DNA of 63,712 nucleotides, counting the filler, from Octopus bimaculoides (lineage: Eukaryota): assembly GCF_001194135.2 (NCBI RefSeq). It is 6 parts of 6 records of this genome, joined end to end, with 100 filler letters (N's around TTAATTAATTAA, not from the genome) between each part and the next. Parts side by side here need not be neighbours in the genome. Positions count along the whole stretch, not along the records: positions 11,787 to 29,948 come from NC_068981.1; positions 30,049 to 52,979 come from NC_068983.1; 4 more parts are not named here. One strand, given 5' to 3'. Below are positions 21,242-34,430 of this stretch, piece after piece; the first letter of the stretch is position 1; each line of letters opens with the position of its first letter. The notes beneath the pieces were generated by a model. It was given only the letters and a program-made list of their open reading frames with translations, was not told the DNA's origin and searched no databases. The translations under genes were made by a program, and so were the position numbers.

Positions 21242-21709
21242 GCACACACGTATGTGTTTGTACGCGTTCGGGTTGGGTGTGTGCATGCATTATTTCAGGT
21301 ACTGGAAAGTTCAATTCATCACAGGGACTAGCTGTTTCATCCCGAGCATATAAATCTACAATTCTATCGATTTCGCACTTTCTTTTGAGTAGTCCTGCTT
21401 AGTTGCTACGCCAGATGTTTGTGAGAAGGCCAAAACTTATAAACAAACTAACACATCCTCAGTGAGCAGCAAAACAAAATAGTTACTGCCTGCTTGAAGT
21501 GGATAAAGCTACAATATAATGTATATATTCATATGTGCGTGTGTGACACAAAACGGGTAGTTGGACATTTTTTCATATTTATTCACTGTTACATACGGTT
21601 TTATTTGCTAATAAGAATCACAAAGTTGAACATGTTGGATAAACATGTACGAATTTTCTTATTAGATATTTTTTAAACAGAGAATCAATTAATATTTGGT
21701 CACATAAAG

Positions 21710-21973
21710 CGAGCTTGTTTTGTGGAAGACCAGCAGTCGCCCATGTATACCAGCCTCCCCTCTCCACGCCACTGATGATATCCAAGGAACAACTAAAGGC
21801 CGATACAGCTTGGCACCAGTGACGTCACAACTCAGTTTTACAGCTGAGTGAACTGGAGCCACATGGAATAGTGTTTTGCTCAAGAACACGACACACAGCT
21901 CAGTCCGGAAATCAAACTCACTACCTCATGATTGTGAGCCCGATGCTCTAGCTACTGACCTATGCGTCTTCAT
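21710..21973 (-). mobile_element. SINE family C, tail partly truncated
   Basis: Collinear with 2005-2265 (GGAAGACCAGC...GCCGATACAGCTTGGCACC...CAGCTGAGTGAACTGGAGC). Confidence 0.88.
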
Positions 21974-22118
21974 ATACATACATACATACATACATACATA
22001 CATACATACATACATACATACAAACATACAAACATATATAAACATATAGATTTATTAGAGTATTCATGACAATAAAAATCATCTTAGCTATTGCTTTAAT
22101 TGATGTGTGTGTGTGTAA

Positions 22119-22169
<51 letters not shown>

Positions 22170-22677
22170 CATACATACATATATACATACATACATACAT
22201 ACATTAAAATGAATGTCTGTAAACGTGTCGGCGTGTGTATGGAGTATGGATTATATGAATGGGGTCAAATATTTTTTCACTCATTGTAATACGTTTTGTT
22301 TACCAGCTTTGAAATACAACTACATAGGCCATGTTCATTTGAAAGTTCGCTTGAATTGAGACTGATATTACAAGAAAAACAATGGCTAAGCTCATCTTTC
22401 TATATTGCCATAAACTTTTTAAGTTTCTGCACGAATACTACTATTATTATTTTATTGATAAACATATGTATTGTTCAAATCATGGAAAAAGCCAGTTACA
22501 TGACTGTGCATGTCAGAAATGCAAGACCTCTGCAGATAGTTTCTGGGCTATTTCAAACTCATAAACATATGCATTCATGCCTCTTTGTATGTATGTATGT
22601 ATGTATGTATGTATGTGTGTGTGAGTGTGTTTATATATATATATATATATATATATAGCAAGAGAGAGACAGAAGAG

Positions 22678-22708
<31 letters not shown>

Positions 22709-22776
22709 ATGCATGTATGTATGTATACATATACACACACATAAACACGCAACATATGTATGTATATATGTATGTA

Positions 22777-23560
22777 CAGTGTATTCGGGCAAGATCTGAC
22801 GATATTTTATGTCTCCTTTTTTTCAGGAAAAGCTTGAATTATTGGTGAACAGTCGACAGCGTTGGAGAGCATAAACATTTCAGTTGTAGATGAGAAAAGG
22901 TTAGCTGACATGAAGAGCTGAAAGCCATCTGAATATTGGGACCGGGTTACCTGTATCATGATGATTCGCGCCGGATATCAAAATGCCGATATCATAATTG
23001 CTGCTCAATGTTCTGTGAAGTCTGTAAGACATCACACGGACAGCTGAAATGGAGACTACGAAGCCGTGACCAACAAGAAGGGACACAGCAGGCGTTTTTG
23101 TCTGTGTCCGCATGCTGGAATTCACCTCCACATCTTTGAACAAAGTCTTAGACTCAATTCAGATGGGTATATGAAGCTGTTGAAGATCGTGGTCTATTCT
23201 TGGCTAGAAAGAATTACTGCTGGAATGCCATGTATGAGGCAGCAGGAATCGGTTCTTTGCAATACCTCCTCCGGAAAGTGTTAGAAGTGGTCTTGACCAT
23301 CCCCAATTTTTGGTCTCTTAATTTCCCCCAATTTTAATCCCATAGGTTACTATGTGTGGGGCACAGTCGAGAAAGACTTTAGCCGCTCTACCTGCAACCC
23401 CAAGACCGAGCTGGTAGCCAAAATTAAGATGGTCTTCCAAACTCTCCGCACGAACATAGTAACGAACGCACGTACTAGGTTCTAGAGCCGTCTTGACGCT
23501 GTGGTGGAAGCTGAGGGTGGCTACTTTGAGTAAACTGTTATTTACTAGTCATAATATTGT
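22777..23560 (+). mobile_element. Internally deleted maT/DD37D-like element
   Basis: TA|CAGTGTATTCGGGCAAGATCTGACGATATTTTATGTCTCC is homologous to the 11224 end. Remnants: IRAGYQNADII.AAQCS, KGHSRR, LRLNSDGYMKLL, QQESV.C..SSGK, YYVWGTVEKD, LDAVVEAEGGYFE*. No clear right TIR. Confidence 0.85.
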
Positions 23561-24091
23561 TAATATTGAGAAGTAATATTTATCGCCTCGTCAATATGGC
23601 TGTTCCGTAGGAACAGACGTTATTACCATTTTTAACCCCTGGAGGAGCCTCCTCTAGCTGATTATCGATGCAATCTGCACCCGAAATGTATTGCAAGCAA
23701 AGGAGCGGACCCTTGAGATTTTCTAAGTAGATAATATTGCTTGATTTTTATTTCTAGATGAGATAATGTGCTTACTATTCCTTTTATTCAAACAAATTTA
23801 GCCTGAACACCGTGTATGTATGTAAATGTGAGTGAAAGCGAGAACTGCAGAAGAATACAATACAGAATATAATAGCTGTATAAGAAAGTGGTAGTAGTTT
23901 ACTGTTGAAGAAAAAACAGCTTTAAAGATGTTTTGTCGATGAATCTTACCCACGTCCCACACCCATTTTATAGCCTTTCCAATTGCTTACCTATTGTTCA
24001 ACTTCAGAAAATTTAGTTATTTATTTACATTTACTTTTTTTTCATTATCAATCGTTGGAAGTCCGTTCTTTTTTCTACGAAGCCTATTGAC

Positions 24092-24145
24092 GAACTTCAA
24101 GTGATGATCGAACTTCATGTGACGATCGATCTTCAAGTGATGAGG
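24092..24145. repeat. 18-bp minisatellite x3
   Basis: GAACTTCAAGTGATGATC / GAACTTCATGTGACGATC / GATCTTCAAGTGATGAGG. Confidence 0.85.
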
Positions 24146-24447
24146 GTTTGGTCAATTTATCTTGAATCTGTTTGTTATTCACTCCTGTTTTTCTTGACTT
24201 TTACTTTCGTAAACGACCACCATAATTTCAGAAAAACAATCAGTCTTGACATATGATGGTAAATTATCGACAAATGGTATCTTTATATTGGAACACACGT
24301 ATACATATACATAATGCGAGTGTCTGTACATGCATTAAGTATGTTTTCACACACTTGTATATATCAGTAAATGTTTTTGTTCTCTCTATGTAATATGTAC
24401 AACTTTATATCGACCTAATACACGTACAAACAAGCACATATGTGTAC

Positions 24448-24454
<7 letters not shown>

Positions 24455-24515
<61 letters not shown>

Positions 24516-24699
24516 ATATGCTCACACGCTTTGATCTTTTTCAAAAGACAATGCATGCATGTGTGAGTTTGTGTTTTGTGTGCTTGTGCTTGTGCTTGTG
24601 TGTGTGTGTGTATGTGCGTGCTTGTGCTTGTGTGTGTGTGTGTGAATGTGTGTGTATGTGTGTGTGAGTTTGTGCTTTGTGTCTGCGTGCTTGTGTGTG

Positions 24700-24772
<73 letters not shown>

Positions 24773-24790
24773 TGTGTTGTGCCAGGTGTG
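24455..24790. repeat. Long compound (TG)n tract
   Basis: Direct reading. Confidence 0.92.
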
Positions 24791-25194
24791 ATGCATTGTG
24801 CCAGGTCTTTTGTTACCGATTATGCATACCTGCAGGAAGTTAAGTCTATGTCGAGCACTTTGAGTTAAGTTTATCCTCGTAAAAATAATTTCATCCATTT
24901 CAATATAGAAGTGTCTCTTTTCTCATACATCTTTCCGATCAGAACAGTTTTATATTTAATTCCATGTGACTAATAGCCTTATGGAGCTATTCACGAAACT
25001 ATTCAATTTTTTATTCACGTCCTGGTGAGATGCTACTTGTAAGAGGGAGAATTTTTCGAAACAGAACGCTCTATAGTAGAAAACTTACTATGAAGTAATA
25101 TCAACCAAATTTTTTTTTTTCTTTTTTCTCTTTATGAGAAATTGGCTTATACCGTTCTTTTTTTTATAGCCCCAAATAATTCACAATTCATATT

Positions 25195-25380
25195 CTTTTA
25201 TTTTTTATTTTCAGTCATTTGACTTCGGCCAAGCTGGAGCACCGCCTTAAAGGGTTTTATTCTTTGTAAACCTCTTACTTATTCTATCGGCCTCTTTTAT
25301 CGAGCCGCTAAGTTACGGGAACGTAAACACACTCACATCGGTCGTCAAGCGGTGGTGAGAGAACAAACACAGGCACAAAG

Positions 25381-25385
<5 letters not shown>
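25195..25385 (-). mobile_element. SINE family B, 3' half
   Basis: TTTCAGTCATTTGACTTCGGCCAAGCTGGAGCACCGCC...GAGCCGCTAAGTTACGGG. Confidence 0.85.
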
Positions 25386-25429
<44 letters not shown>

Positions 25430-25451
25430 AGGTCAAGGTCGAGAGAGAAAG

Positions 25452-25502
<51 letters not shown>

Positions 25503-26326
25503 AGTTGTAACCTATATATATATAGGGAATACATGATGGATTTTTTTTCCATNNNNNNNNNNNNNNNNNNNNNNNNNNNNNNNNNNNNNNNNNNNNNNNN
25601 NNNNNNNNNNNNNNNNNNNNNNNNNNNNNNNNNNNNNNNNNNNNNNNNNNNNNNNNNNNNNNNNNNNNNNNNNNNNNNNNNNNNNNNNNNNNNNNNNNNN
25701 NNNNNNNNNNNNNNNNNNNNNNNNNNNNNNNNNNNNNNNNNNNNNNNNNNNNNNNNNNNNNNNNNNNNNNNNNNNNNNNNNNNNNNNNNNNNNNNNNNNN
25801 NNNNNNNNNNNNNNNNNNNNNNNNNNNNNNNNNNNNNNNNNNNNNNNNNNNNNNNNNNNNNNNNNNNNNNNNNNNNNNNNNNNNNNNNNNNNNNNNNNNN
25901 NNNNNNNNNNNNNNNNNNNNNNNNNNNNNNNNNNNNNNNNNNNNNNNNNNNNNNNNNNNNNNNNNNNNNNNNNNNNNNNNNNNNNNNNNNNNNNNNNNNN
26001 NNNNNNNNNNNNNNNNNNNTCCCCACTTCCTTCCTGTCTTAAGGCTTGACCTCTTATCCCTACACACATCTCTCACTTGATTCGGGCTATCCTTTGAGTA
26101 AACAACGCACAGAGTACTCCGGATACGATATGATATATATCCACATTTGCTACTGCAATTATCTCCGGAAAATACCCACAAGGATTCTTTACATGGATGT
26201 TTACTGCTGGAATGGAGCTACACTCCAAGTACTGTTTCTTCTTTATTCTTTTTTCAGCGCATCGCTCTCACTTCTTACAACAAATCTCCTCTTATAGATG
26301 TAATAATTCATTCTTCTACTATTACC

Positions 26327-26375
26327 GTCTCCGATGAAGGGATACATTGGATTTTCCCTGAAACAGCTGTAAGAC
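26327..26375 (+). ncRNA. Minimal type-I hammerhead motif, variant core CCGAUGA
   Basis: GTCT-CCGATGA-AGGG-(14 nt)-CCCT-GAAA-C-AGCT-GT-A-AGAC. Stem I is GTCT/AGAC, stem II is AGGG/CCCT, and stem III is the perfect palindrome ACAGCTGT. Confidence 0.65.
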
Positions 26376-26689
26376 TTTATCCATAAAATATAATTCTAAC
26401 TTTGCCATTGGTCTCTTTATCCTTTTCTTTCTTTATATATATATATATATAAATTCCTGTTTGCTCACCTTGATGGCATGTACACCCAGGATTCAAAACA
26501 TCTCATGATGTGGGCACAAGATCTATGAGGAAACTTACAAACAAATTCAATTCATCTCTATTTTTATTGCTCACGCAAGGTAGTCTTTACTGGCCACTAC
26601 TATCGTGCTGAAGAGACTTCCGCTCCCTAATATATGGGGATTTCGTCAATTTATCTTGGATCTGTCTGTTATTCAGATCGTCAGCAGGC

Positions 26690-26800
26690 GGTTTCATAAT
26701 TGAATGTAGACGAAAACGATATTCATAACAAAAATGTTTTGATAAATCATAAGATCTGCTCAATAAGAGATGATCTGGGCTTAACAACAACAACAAGAAT
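26690..26800 (+). repeat. Dispersed repeat family F, 3' end with (AAC)n tail
   Basis: ATAAGATCTGCTCAATAAGAGATGATCTGGGCTTAACAACAACAAC resembles 42970-43020 and rc(31985-32050). Confidence 0.5.
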
Positions 26801-27039
26801 AAATGTTAGCTAAACACTAAGTTTGTTTAAAGCTAGATTCAGAAAGTCTATTCATGTTTAATTATGACTTGAACACGAGAAATTACCTATGTTTAAATAT
26901 TATTTTAAAGGATTTCATATATTTAAATGCAATTCGAAAAGACTGCTTATGTTTAAATATGATTAAAAAAGACATCGTAGGTTTGAATTCATTCAGTAAT
27001 GTTACGCCTACGCGCAAGCATGTCTGTACGGTTAAGAAA

Positions 27040-27420
27040 TATGCTTTGTAACTGTGTGGTTTCTGGTTCAGTTCTACTGTGCTGCACATTGAGCAAATGT
27101 CTTCTACTATAGTGCCGGGCCTACCAAAGTCTGGAGAGTGAACTTGGTGGATGGAAACTATGAGCATATAGTGTATGTGTGTGTATCTGTCTGTGTGTAT
27201 ACATGTGAATGTATGTAAGTATGTATATGTATGTATAAGTGTGTCTTTGTGTTTGTTCCACCGCTTGACAATGATGTTGGTTCGTTTAAATTCCCATAAA
27301 CCAACGGCTCGGCAAAAAAGGGACGGACAGTACTATTTTTTTTAAAAGTACTGGGAGCGATTTACGTTAGTGCTCCTAGCATGACCACAGTCCAATGCCT
27401 GAAACAAGAACAGTAAATAA
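27040..27420 (+). mobile_element. SINE family B, old and diverged
   Basis: CTGTGTGG...GGTTCAGTTC...GCAAATGTCTTCTACTATAG...CGCTTGACAA...CCTAGCATGACCACAGTC. Confidence 0.8.
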
Positions 27421-27874
27421 AAGAAATTACATTATTATTCCAAAAGAGTTTATACTTATTTGGAACCGAATTCGAACGCAAGGCTGAGATATACAAATGC
27501 AAAGAGCAAATACAATGAATTAACTGAGAAGACTAATAGTGTGGATATCAGTAACAAAACTCGAGCAGCTAAACAGTCCAGTTATGGTAATGAGTTAGCG
27601 TGACGAATAATCTGATAGACGGTTGGTCAAGATTGGCCAACTGGGCTTGGCTGATATCCATTGAAATATGAGAAGTTTCGTATCTTTTAGTCTTGTCTAC
27701 AGAAGGAAAGGGCACGATAAGTAGCACATGCATACATACAAATGTCGCGTATGTATGTGTGTGCATGCATGCACATATGCACTTGGGTGTGTGTGGGTAG
27801 GTGAGGTGTACATGTGTGTGGGTGTGTGTGTGATGCATCTATAAACAGATGAACTTATAAATAAGAAGATAGAC

Positions 27875-27918
<44 letters not shown>

Positions 27919-28073
27919 GTGCGTTATTTAATACTTAAGCATCTGCAGTCTTATGTCTCAGTACACATGATTAAACTGATGAATATGTATGTGTATATGT
28001 ATATTTGTATGTTTAATTCTGTATATGAGTCTCAACATACATTCACACATGCAAAGTTAAGTATGAGTGAATG

Positions 28074-28124
<51 letters not shown>

Positions 28125-28139
28125 GCATTCATTCATACA

Positions 28140-28183
<44 letters not shown>

Positions 28184-29736
28184 GTGTGTGTGTGTGTGTG
28201 TGTGTGTATGTATTGTATGTGTGTTGTTTCAGTGTGTTTAAATGTGTACGTGTACGGACATATATAGGTATATGTATGTATTTGTTCACAAATACACGTT
28301 TATATACACTCACCACAAGCACACATGCATACTTATGCGCGCGCACACAAATACTTGTGTATGCACGCGTCTGTGGTTCACTCTTTTTCGAACCCGGCAA
28401 CCCTTTGTTCGTTGTCAGTGTCTTTTATGATTCACGAACTCTTAAGCGCTACCCTTCATGCCCAGTATCAAGCAGCACTTTTTAATTCAATTCTAGGTCA
28501 CCTATGTGCTAGGTAGAAACCACAACTGAAGTGTATTCAAAATAATAGCACTGCGTGTGGAAATCACGCGAGAAGAACACATCTAAAGTTATTTATTGCG
28601 CGTGAGTATGTTTATAGAGAAATGAGCTCGCAACTCACGCATCCCCTTTTTGAGTAAGACAAAGAGTTGCCGATGAAATTAGATATATCTATAGATTTTA
28701 ACTGACACTGGGTGAGTAGACAGCAGTATGCAGTTTGTCTTTATGTACAATATTATTTTCATTGACAGAAAAAGTTGAACCAGCCAGACCAATTTCTACG
28801 ACCGAATACTCTATTTAACTCTCCACAGAAACATTGCTTACAGACCAGATATTATTAAGAGTTAAGTAAATCGGATAACCTAATTTGCATATATAAGGGC
28901 ATTTAAATAGTAAGTTCAAATGACTAGTGTGTCGGCTGAGTTTTGTTTCAATGCTGTACGTCGGAATATATCTATAGATTTTAACCAAAACTATGTTTTG
29001 ACAGTTATCTTTAAATGCAATATCTTCGTCGATAGAATAAATCAGTTAGTCGAACTAATCTCAATTCTGTGTTGGGATTTCACCTGTGACCGAGTACTTT
29101 TTTTAACTGTCCACGGAATCACTGCGCATAAACTATTACTGGGGACTTAAGTAAACAGTATTGGTCAATGTAAGTCATTTTGGGCAGCTAGTTCAACCAA
29201 TTAAAAACTGAGGCGTCATCAGCTTTTTATTTCAGTGCTACACTGATGTACTGTACAAGAGAAATATATTTACAGATTTCAGCCAACACTATATACAAGC
29301 AGATGTAATTACCTGTCTTTATATACAAAATTTTCGTAAACGGAAAAAGAAGTATCAGCCACACTAGATATGTTTACACATGGATGTGTAATAGATATAT
29401 ATGTATACACACTGGTATTTTAATCTAATGCTGCTTCAAATGTGCCTATTAATTTAATCCTAGCCTGGGTAGCATTTCGCACAGATTAGCTAATGTTTCG
29501 TTTACCGCTTTCTATATCAGAATCAAGCATTTTCAGCTTAGCTGAGAACGTCTAGTGCATTCTTTTTATAAGAGAATGAAGAGAATATTCGTCCCTCAGG
29601 AGACCAATTCAATTCGAAACACCGAGTCTAGCGACACAGATCTTATGGATTATAAACACGAAGACCTGTGTTTATAATTTAGAAGATTTTTTAAGTAGTT
29701 TGTCTGAGACAAAACCTTACACATCATGCTCCTTCC

Positions 29737-29900
29737 CGATGCTGGTGTGTTTACGTCCCCGATACTTAGCGGTTCGGCAAAAGAAACCGATAGAATAAGT
29801 ACTAGGCTTCCAAAGAATAAGTCCTGGGGTCGATTTGCTCGACTAAAGGCGGTGCTCCAGCATGGCCGCAGTCAAATGACTGAAACAATTAAAAGAGTAA
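29737..29900 (+). mobile_element. SINE family B, 3' half
   Basis: Near-identical to 17980-18140. Confidence 0.9.
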
Positions 29901-29916
29901 ATATGAGAGAAAGAGG

Positions 29917-29948
<32 letters not shown>

Positions 29949-30048
29949 NNNNNNNNNNNNNNNNNNNNNNNNNNNNNNNNNNNNNNNNNNNNTTAATTAA
30001 TTAANNNNNNNNNNNNNNNNNNNNNNNNNNNNNNNNNNNNNNNNNNNN

Positions 30049-30326
30049 TAGTACTTATTCTATCGGTCTCTTTTGCCGAACCGCTAAGTTACGGGGACGT
30101 AAACACACCAGCATCGGTTGTCAAGCGATGTTGGGAGGACAAACACAGACACACTAACATATACACATACATACATATATATATATACATATATATACGA
30201 TGGGCTTCTTTCATTTTCCGTCTACCAAATCCACTCACAAGGCTTTGGTCGGCCTGAGGCTATAGTAGAAGACACTTGCCCAAGGTGCCACGCAGTGGGA
30301 CTAAACCCAGAACCATGTGGTTGGTA
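30049..30326 (-). mobile_element. SINE family B, truncated at both ends
   Basis: Reverse complement of family B from the head to GAATAAGTACTA. Confidence 0.9.
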
Positions 30327-30881
30327 ATACATATATATGTACACACACACACACACATATATATGCTATACTGCGCGCGTGTGTATATGTGTGTATATTT
30401 GTGTGTGTGTATTTAGTGAGAATGAGAGCATGAATGAACGAAAGAAAGGAAGAAAGAAAAAGTGACTAGAAATGTAGTCACGTGTGTGTGTGTGTGTGTG
30501 TGCTTATGCGTGCGTGCGTGTGTGAGTGTTTGTGTGAATGTGTGTTAAGGAGTGTTTGCGTACCCTGACGAACACACCATTTCTACATTTGCTGATAGTG
30601 TTCTCGTCCTAACTAGTGCTGCCGTCATTTGGTATTACTGTTGTTGCAGTTGTTGTTGTATAGGCTACTGTACTCGCCACCACCTCCACCCTCGCCACTA
30701 CCACAGCCGCCACCTCATACTCCATGTCTGTTTATATGACATACTTCAAGTTCTGGCGTCTCATCAACCAATTTTGCCGTTAGTTGGTGCAATTTCTCTC
30801 CCTCCGTCTCTCTCTCTCTCTCTCTCTCTCTTCGAATCTCTCTCTCTCCCTCTTCGTCTCNNNNNNNNNNCATATACACAT

Positions 30882-30937
<56 letters not shown>

Positions 30938-31140
30938 TGTATATCTAATATGTATATATGTATGTGTAAAGGCATAAGTATGTGTATATACTATATCCAT
31001 TTTATTACACATATACACATACACATGCACATGCACACATATACATAAATATACGTACACGCTCACACACACACACACAAACAGTATATTAATTTACATT
31101 AGCCAGTTACATTTAATAGTTGTAATATTTCTCACAACTT

Positions 31141-31358
31141 AAGGTGGCGAGCTGGAAAAATCGTTATAGCAGGCTGGCAAAATGCTTAGCGGCATTCCGT
31201 CCGCCTTTATGTTCTGAGTTTAAATTCCACCGAGGTTGACTTTGCCCTTCATCTTTTCGAGATCGATGAAAGAAGTACCAGTTGAGTACTGAGGTCGATA
31301 CAATCGACTTACGCCCTGTTCCGAACTTGCTGGCTTTCTGCTAAAATTTGAAATCAAT
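31141..31358 (+). mobile_element. SINE family A
   Basis: AAGGTGGCGAGCTGG...GAGGTTGACTTTGCCCTTCATC...AAAATTTGAAATC. Confidence 0.85.
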
Positions 31359-31588
31359 ACTACGAGCAAAAACAGCCGCTATAGCATAGGAGAACAGCAA
31401 CTGTATCAGCCGCAGTACAACAGTAGTAGTTTTTCGTTTTTAGCGGTTGACCACTGTAAGGGTACAGCCAGTAATATCTTCTATATTGAATAATGCATTT
31501 GAGTGGTTGGGGGAAATTGATGGTTGTAAAAGGCCTATAGATGGCGCTGTGTTGGAAAATAACATAGATCACAGCAATTGTTTAACAC

Positions 31589-31967
31589 AGGCGCAGGAGT
31601 GGCTGTGTGGTAAGTAGCTTGCTTACCAACCACGCAGTTCCGGGGAAAGTGTCTTCTACTATAGCCTCGGGCCGACCAAAGCCTTGTGAGTGGATTTAGT
31701 AGAAGGAAACTGAAAGAAGCCCGTCGTATATATGTATATGTATATATGTGTAAATGTTTGTGTGCCTGTGTTTGTCTCCCCAACATCGCTTGACAACCGA
31801 TGCTGGTGTGCTTGCGTCCCCGTAACTTAGCGGTTCGGCAAAAGATACCGATAGAATAAGTACTAGGCTTCCAAAGAATAAGTCCTGGGGTCGATTTGAT
31901 CGACTAAAAGGCGGTGCTCCAGCATGGCCACAGTCAAATGACTGAAACCAGTAAAAGAGTAAAAGAG
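31589..31967 (+). mobile_element. SINE family B, low divergence
   Basis: AGGCGCAGGAGTGGCTGTGTGGTAAGTAGCTTGCTTACCAACCAC...GTAAAAGAGTAAAAGAG. Confidence 0.92.
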
Positions 31968-31984
31968 TATAGGTGGATAATAAG

Positions 31985-32115
31985 ATTGTTGTTGTTCAGC
32001 TTTACTTCATTCCAAATCTAGACGCCTCGATTAAAGACCTTCCAGTAATGATCTTCCCATTTTTATTTATTTTGTCTTGTATAAATAGATTATCTAGGAT
32101 CGACTTATCCAATGT
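31985..32115 (-). repeat. Dispersed repeat family F
   Basis: Reverse complement contains CATTGGATAAGTCG...GGGAAGATC and ends ...GAACAACAAC. Confidence 0.45.
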
Positions 32116-32989
32116 TATGTCCAAATAATTATAGCAGTAAATTCTAATTTGATGGAAATTTTGTTACTCGATGTTGTAGGTCAGGCGATCGCACGAAGAT
32201 GTTTCCCTGTGGACTTGTGATTTCAGATGAAAAGGTGGATGTTATAGATTTGTCTCAAGTACTGAGGATATGTAAATATTTGTATTTAATCAGCAGATTA
32301 AATATTATAGTCCTCCTGATGAACTTCTGATTGTGTTTTCGTACAGCTTTGAAGACCGGTACACAATGTGTCCTAAATTCGACTTGTATACTTGTCGATC
32401 TTTTTAATAAGGAACTTTCAGATACTTGTGTATATGAATTGCGGATCGAAGCTGGAACTATGCGAAGAGTGTTGCAGAGCTGCACACATAATTGATATTA
32501 TGTATGTTCAACCATCGGTTCTGCTCTATATCGTTGGCGAAGACAAATAGCTTTCAAATGGCACAATCCACCGACCTATAAATAATTACTGCGGATGGTT
32601 TACAGCTAACTGATATAAGCAGTAGGAGCGTCCATATAATTCATGAATGTTTGCTTAATTTCAAATGCTGACTTTGCTTAAATACACTATTTTTAGATTT
32701 TAAAAGCAGTGTGAAAGCAGACACATTATACACAAAGGACAAACTACTAACACAAGCAGCCTTGTTAACTATATGGGAAACACATGGGAAATCGAGCCAA
32801 CAAGGGAACTTCCACGCAAACGTTCAACTAACTGTATGGCCAAGTCCAAGAAGGAAGAACAATTTCCATGACCAGAATTCCAAAACTAGTAGCGAGGAAA
32901 AGGATAATACAATAATTAAACTTTACTAAAGTTCATATTGTGGGGTGGATTAAAGCTACCACCCTTTAACAGTATATACACAAGGTGCT

Positions 32990-33130
32990 TACGCACAATT
33001 TCATACACATGACTTTGTCGACCCAAGGCTATGATGGAATACATTTGCCCACGGTACCGCACCGTAGGAACGGACTGAGTACCACATTATAGCAAAGCAA
33101 AATTTTAGCCATGAGATCACACCTATGCCC
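32990..33130 (-). mobile_element. SINE family B head, very diverged
   Basis: CACATGACTTTGTCGACCCAAGGCTATGATGGAATACATTTGCCCACGGTACC. Confidence 0.6.
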
Positions 33131-33838
33131 ACGTTTTAAACATAAGGGTTAAATTATAAACAAGAAATATATAATATAATGATACCCGACCTCATGTCGA
33201 GGTAAATAACCTTGTCACAAGATGGTTGTGAGCCTATAGCCTATTTTCACTTTATTGCAGCCCTGGTTCCAAGGTTATGCTGGTTTTATAGCAAAACAAC
33301 AAAGAAAACAAATTCCATGATGGCAGCTTAAACTCTGTGACAACTCAGACTCGGTGGCAACAGATGCTAAATGGCATCACCATCTCCATGGTAACATAGA
33401 CACAGTGACAAGACTTATCTTAGCCCTCACCTTGCACTTAGTCATCTCATTCCATCCACCCACACACTGACATAGAAACATATTCACAGTTTCTTTATGC
33501 AAACACACACACACACATGCTTGCAACACATCACATAACCAACACTGACTGACACACACATAAAGAGAGAACTCTATAGACACCCTACAGTGAACAGCAT
33601 GTTGGGATATCTCCCGCCTTTTCAACATCCTGTAATTAAAGCCGTCTCGCTTTCTGGTTTTCATTTATGTGCGCATGTGTGAGAATGTAGAAATCTATGT
33701 ATGTATATATATATGCGTATGTATATGCTTAGACATGAGCATTAATCTATGTTTCTTTACTTTGTGTATGACTCCATAGAAATAATTGTATCTGTATGAA
33801 TTGATATAACTGTGTGTGAGTACTTGTTTGTGCGTATG

Positions 33839-33893
<55 letters not shown>

Positions 33894-34172
33894 GTCTGTC
33901 TGTCTGTCTGTCTGTCCATATACACACACTTACATATATAGCTATCTATCTATCTATATACACACACTTACATATATAGCTATATAGTATGTATGTATGT
34001 ATGTATGTATGTGTTTTATTATGTATATATANNNNNNNNNNNNNNNNNNNNNNNNNNNNNNNNNNNNNNNNNNNNNNNNNNNNNNNNNNNNNNNNNNNNN
34101 NNNNNNNNNNNNNNNNATATATATATATTGTTTATGCATGCGTATTTTATGCATTTGTGTTTGCATGTATGT

Positions 34173-34216
<44 letters not shown>

Positions 34217-34394
34217 TGTATTATATATATACACACACATTCATAGAAACCCATATGTGTTCATATAGTCATAAATAGACATATTTGTTCACAACCGAAC
34301 ACGCACAACCACATACGCACACATACCCAAACTCATATATGTATAAAAATATTTTTATTCTCAACATAAAAACATATGTATGAATATATCTACA

Positions 34395-34430
<36 letters not shown>

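Noticed and set aside
28550-28645. Four GCGTG/CACGC sites (bHLH-PAS or Pax-like cluster)
   Set aside because: A 5-mer is common in this GT/GC-repeat-rich genome; no independent support.
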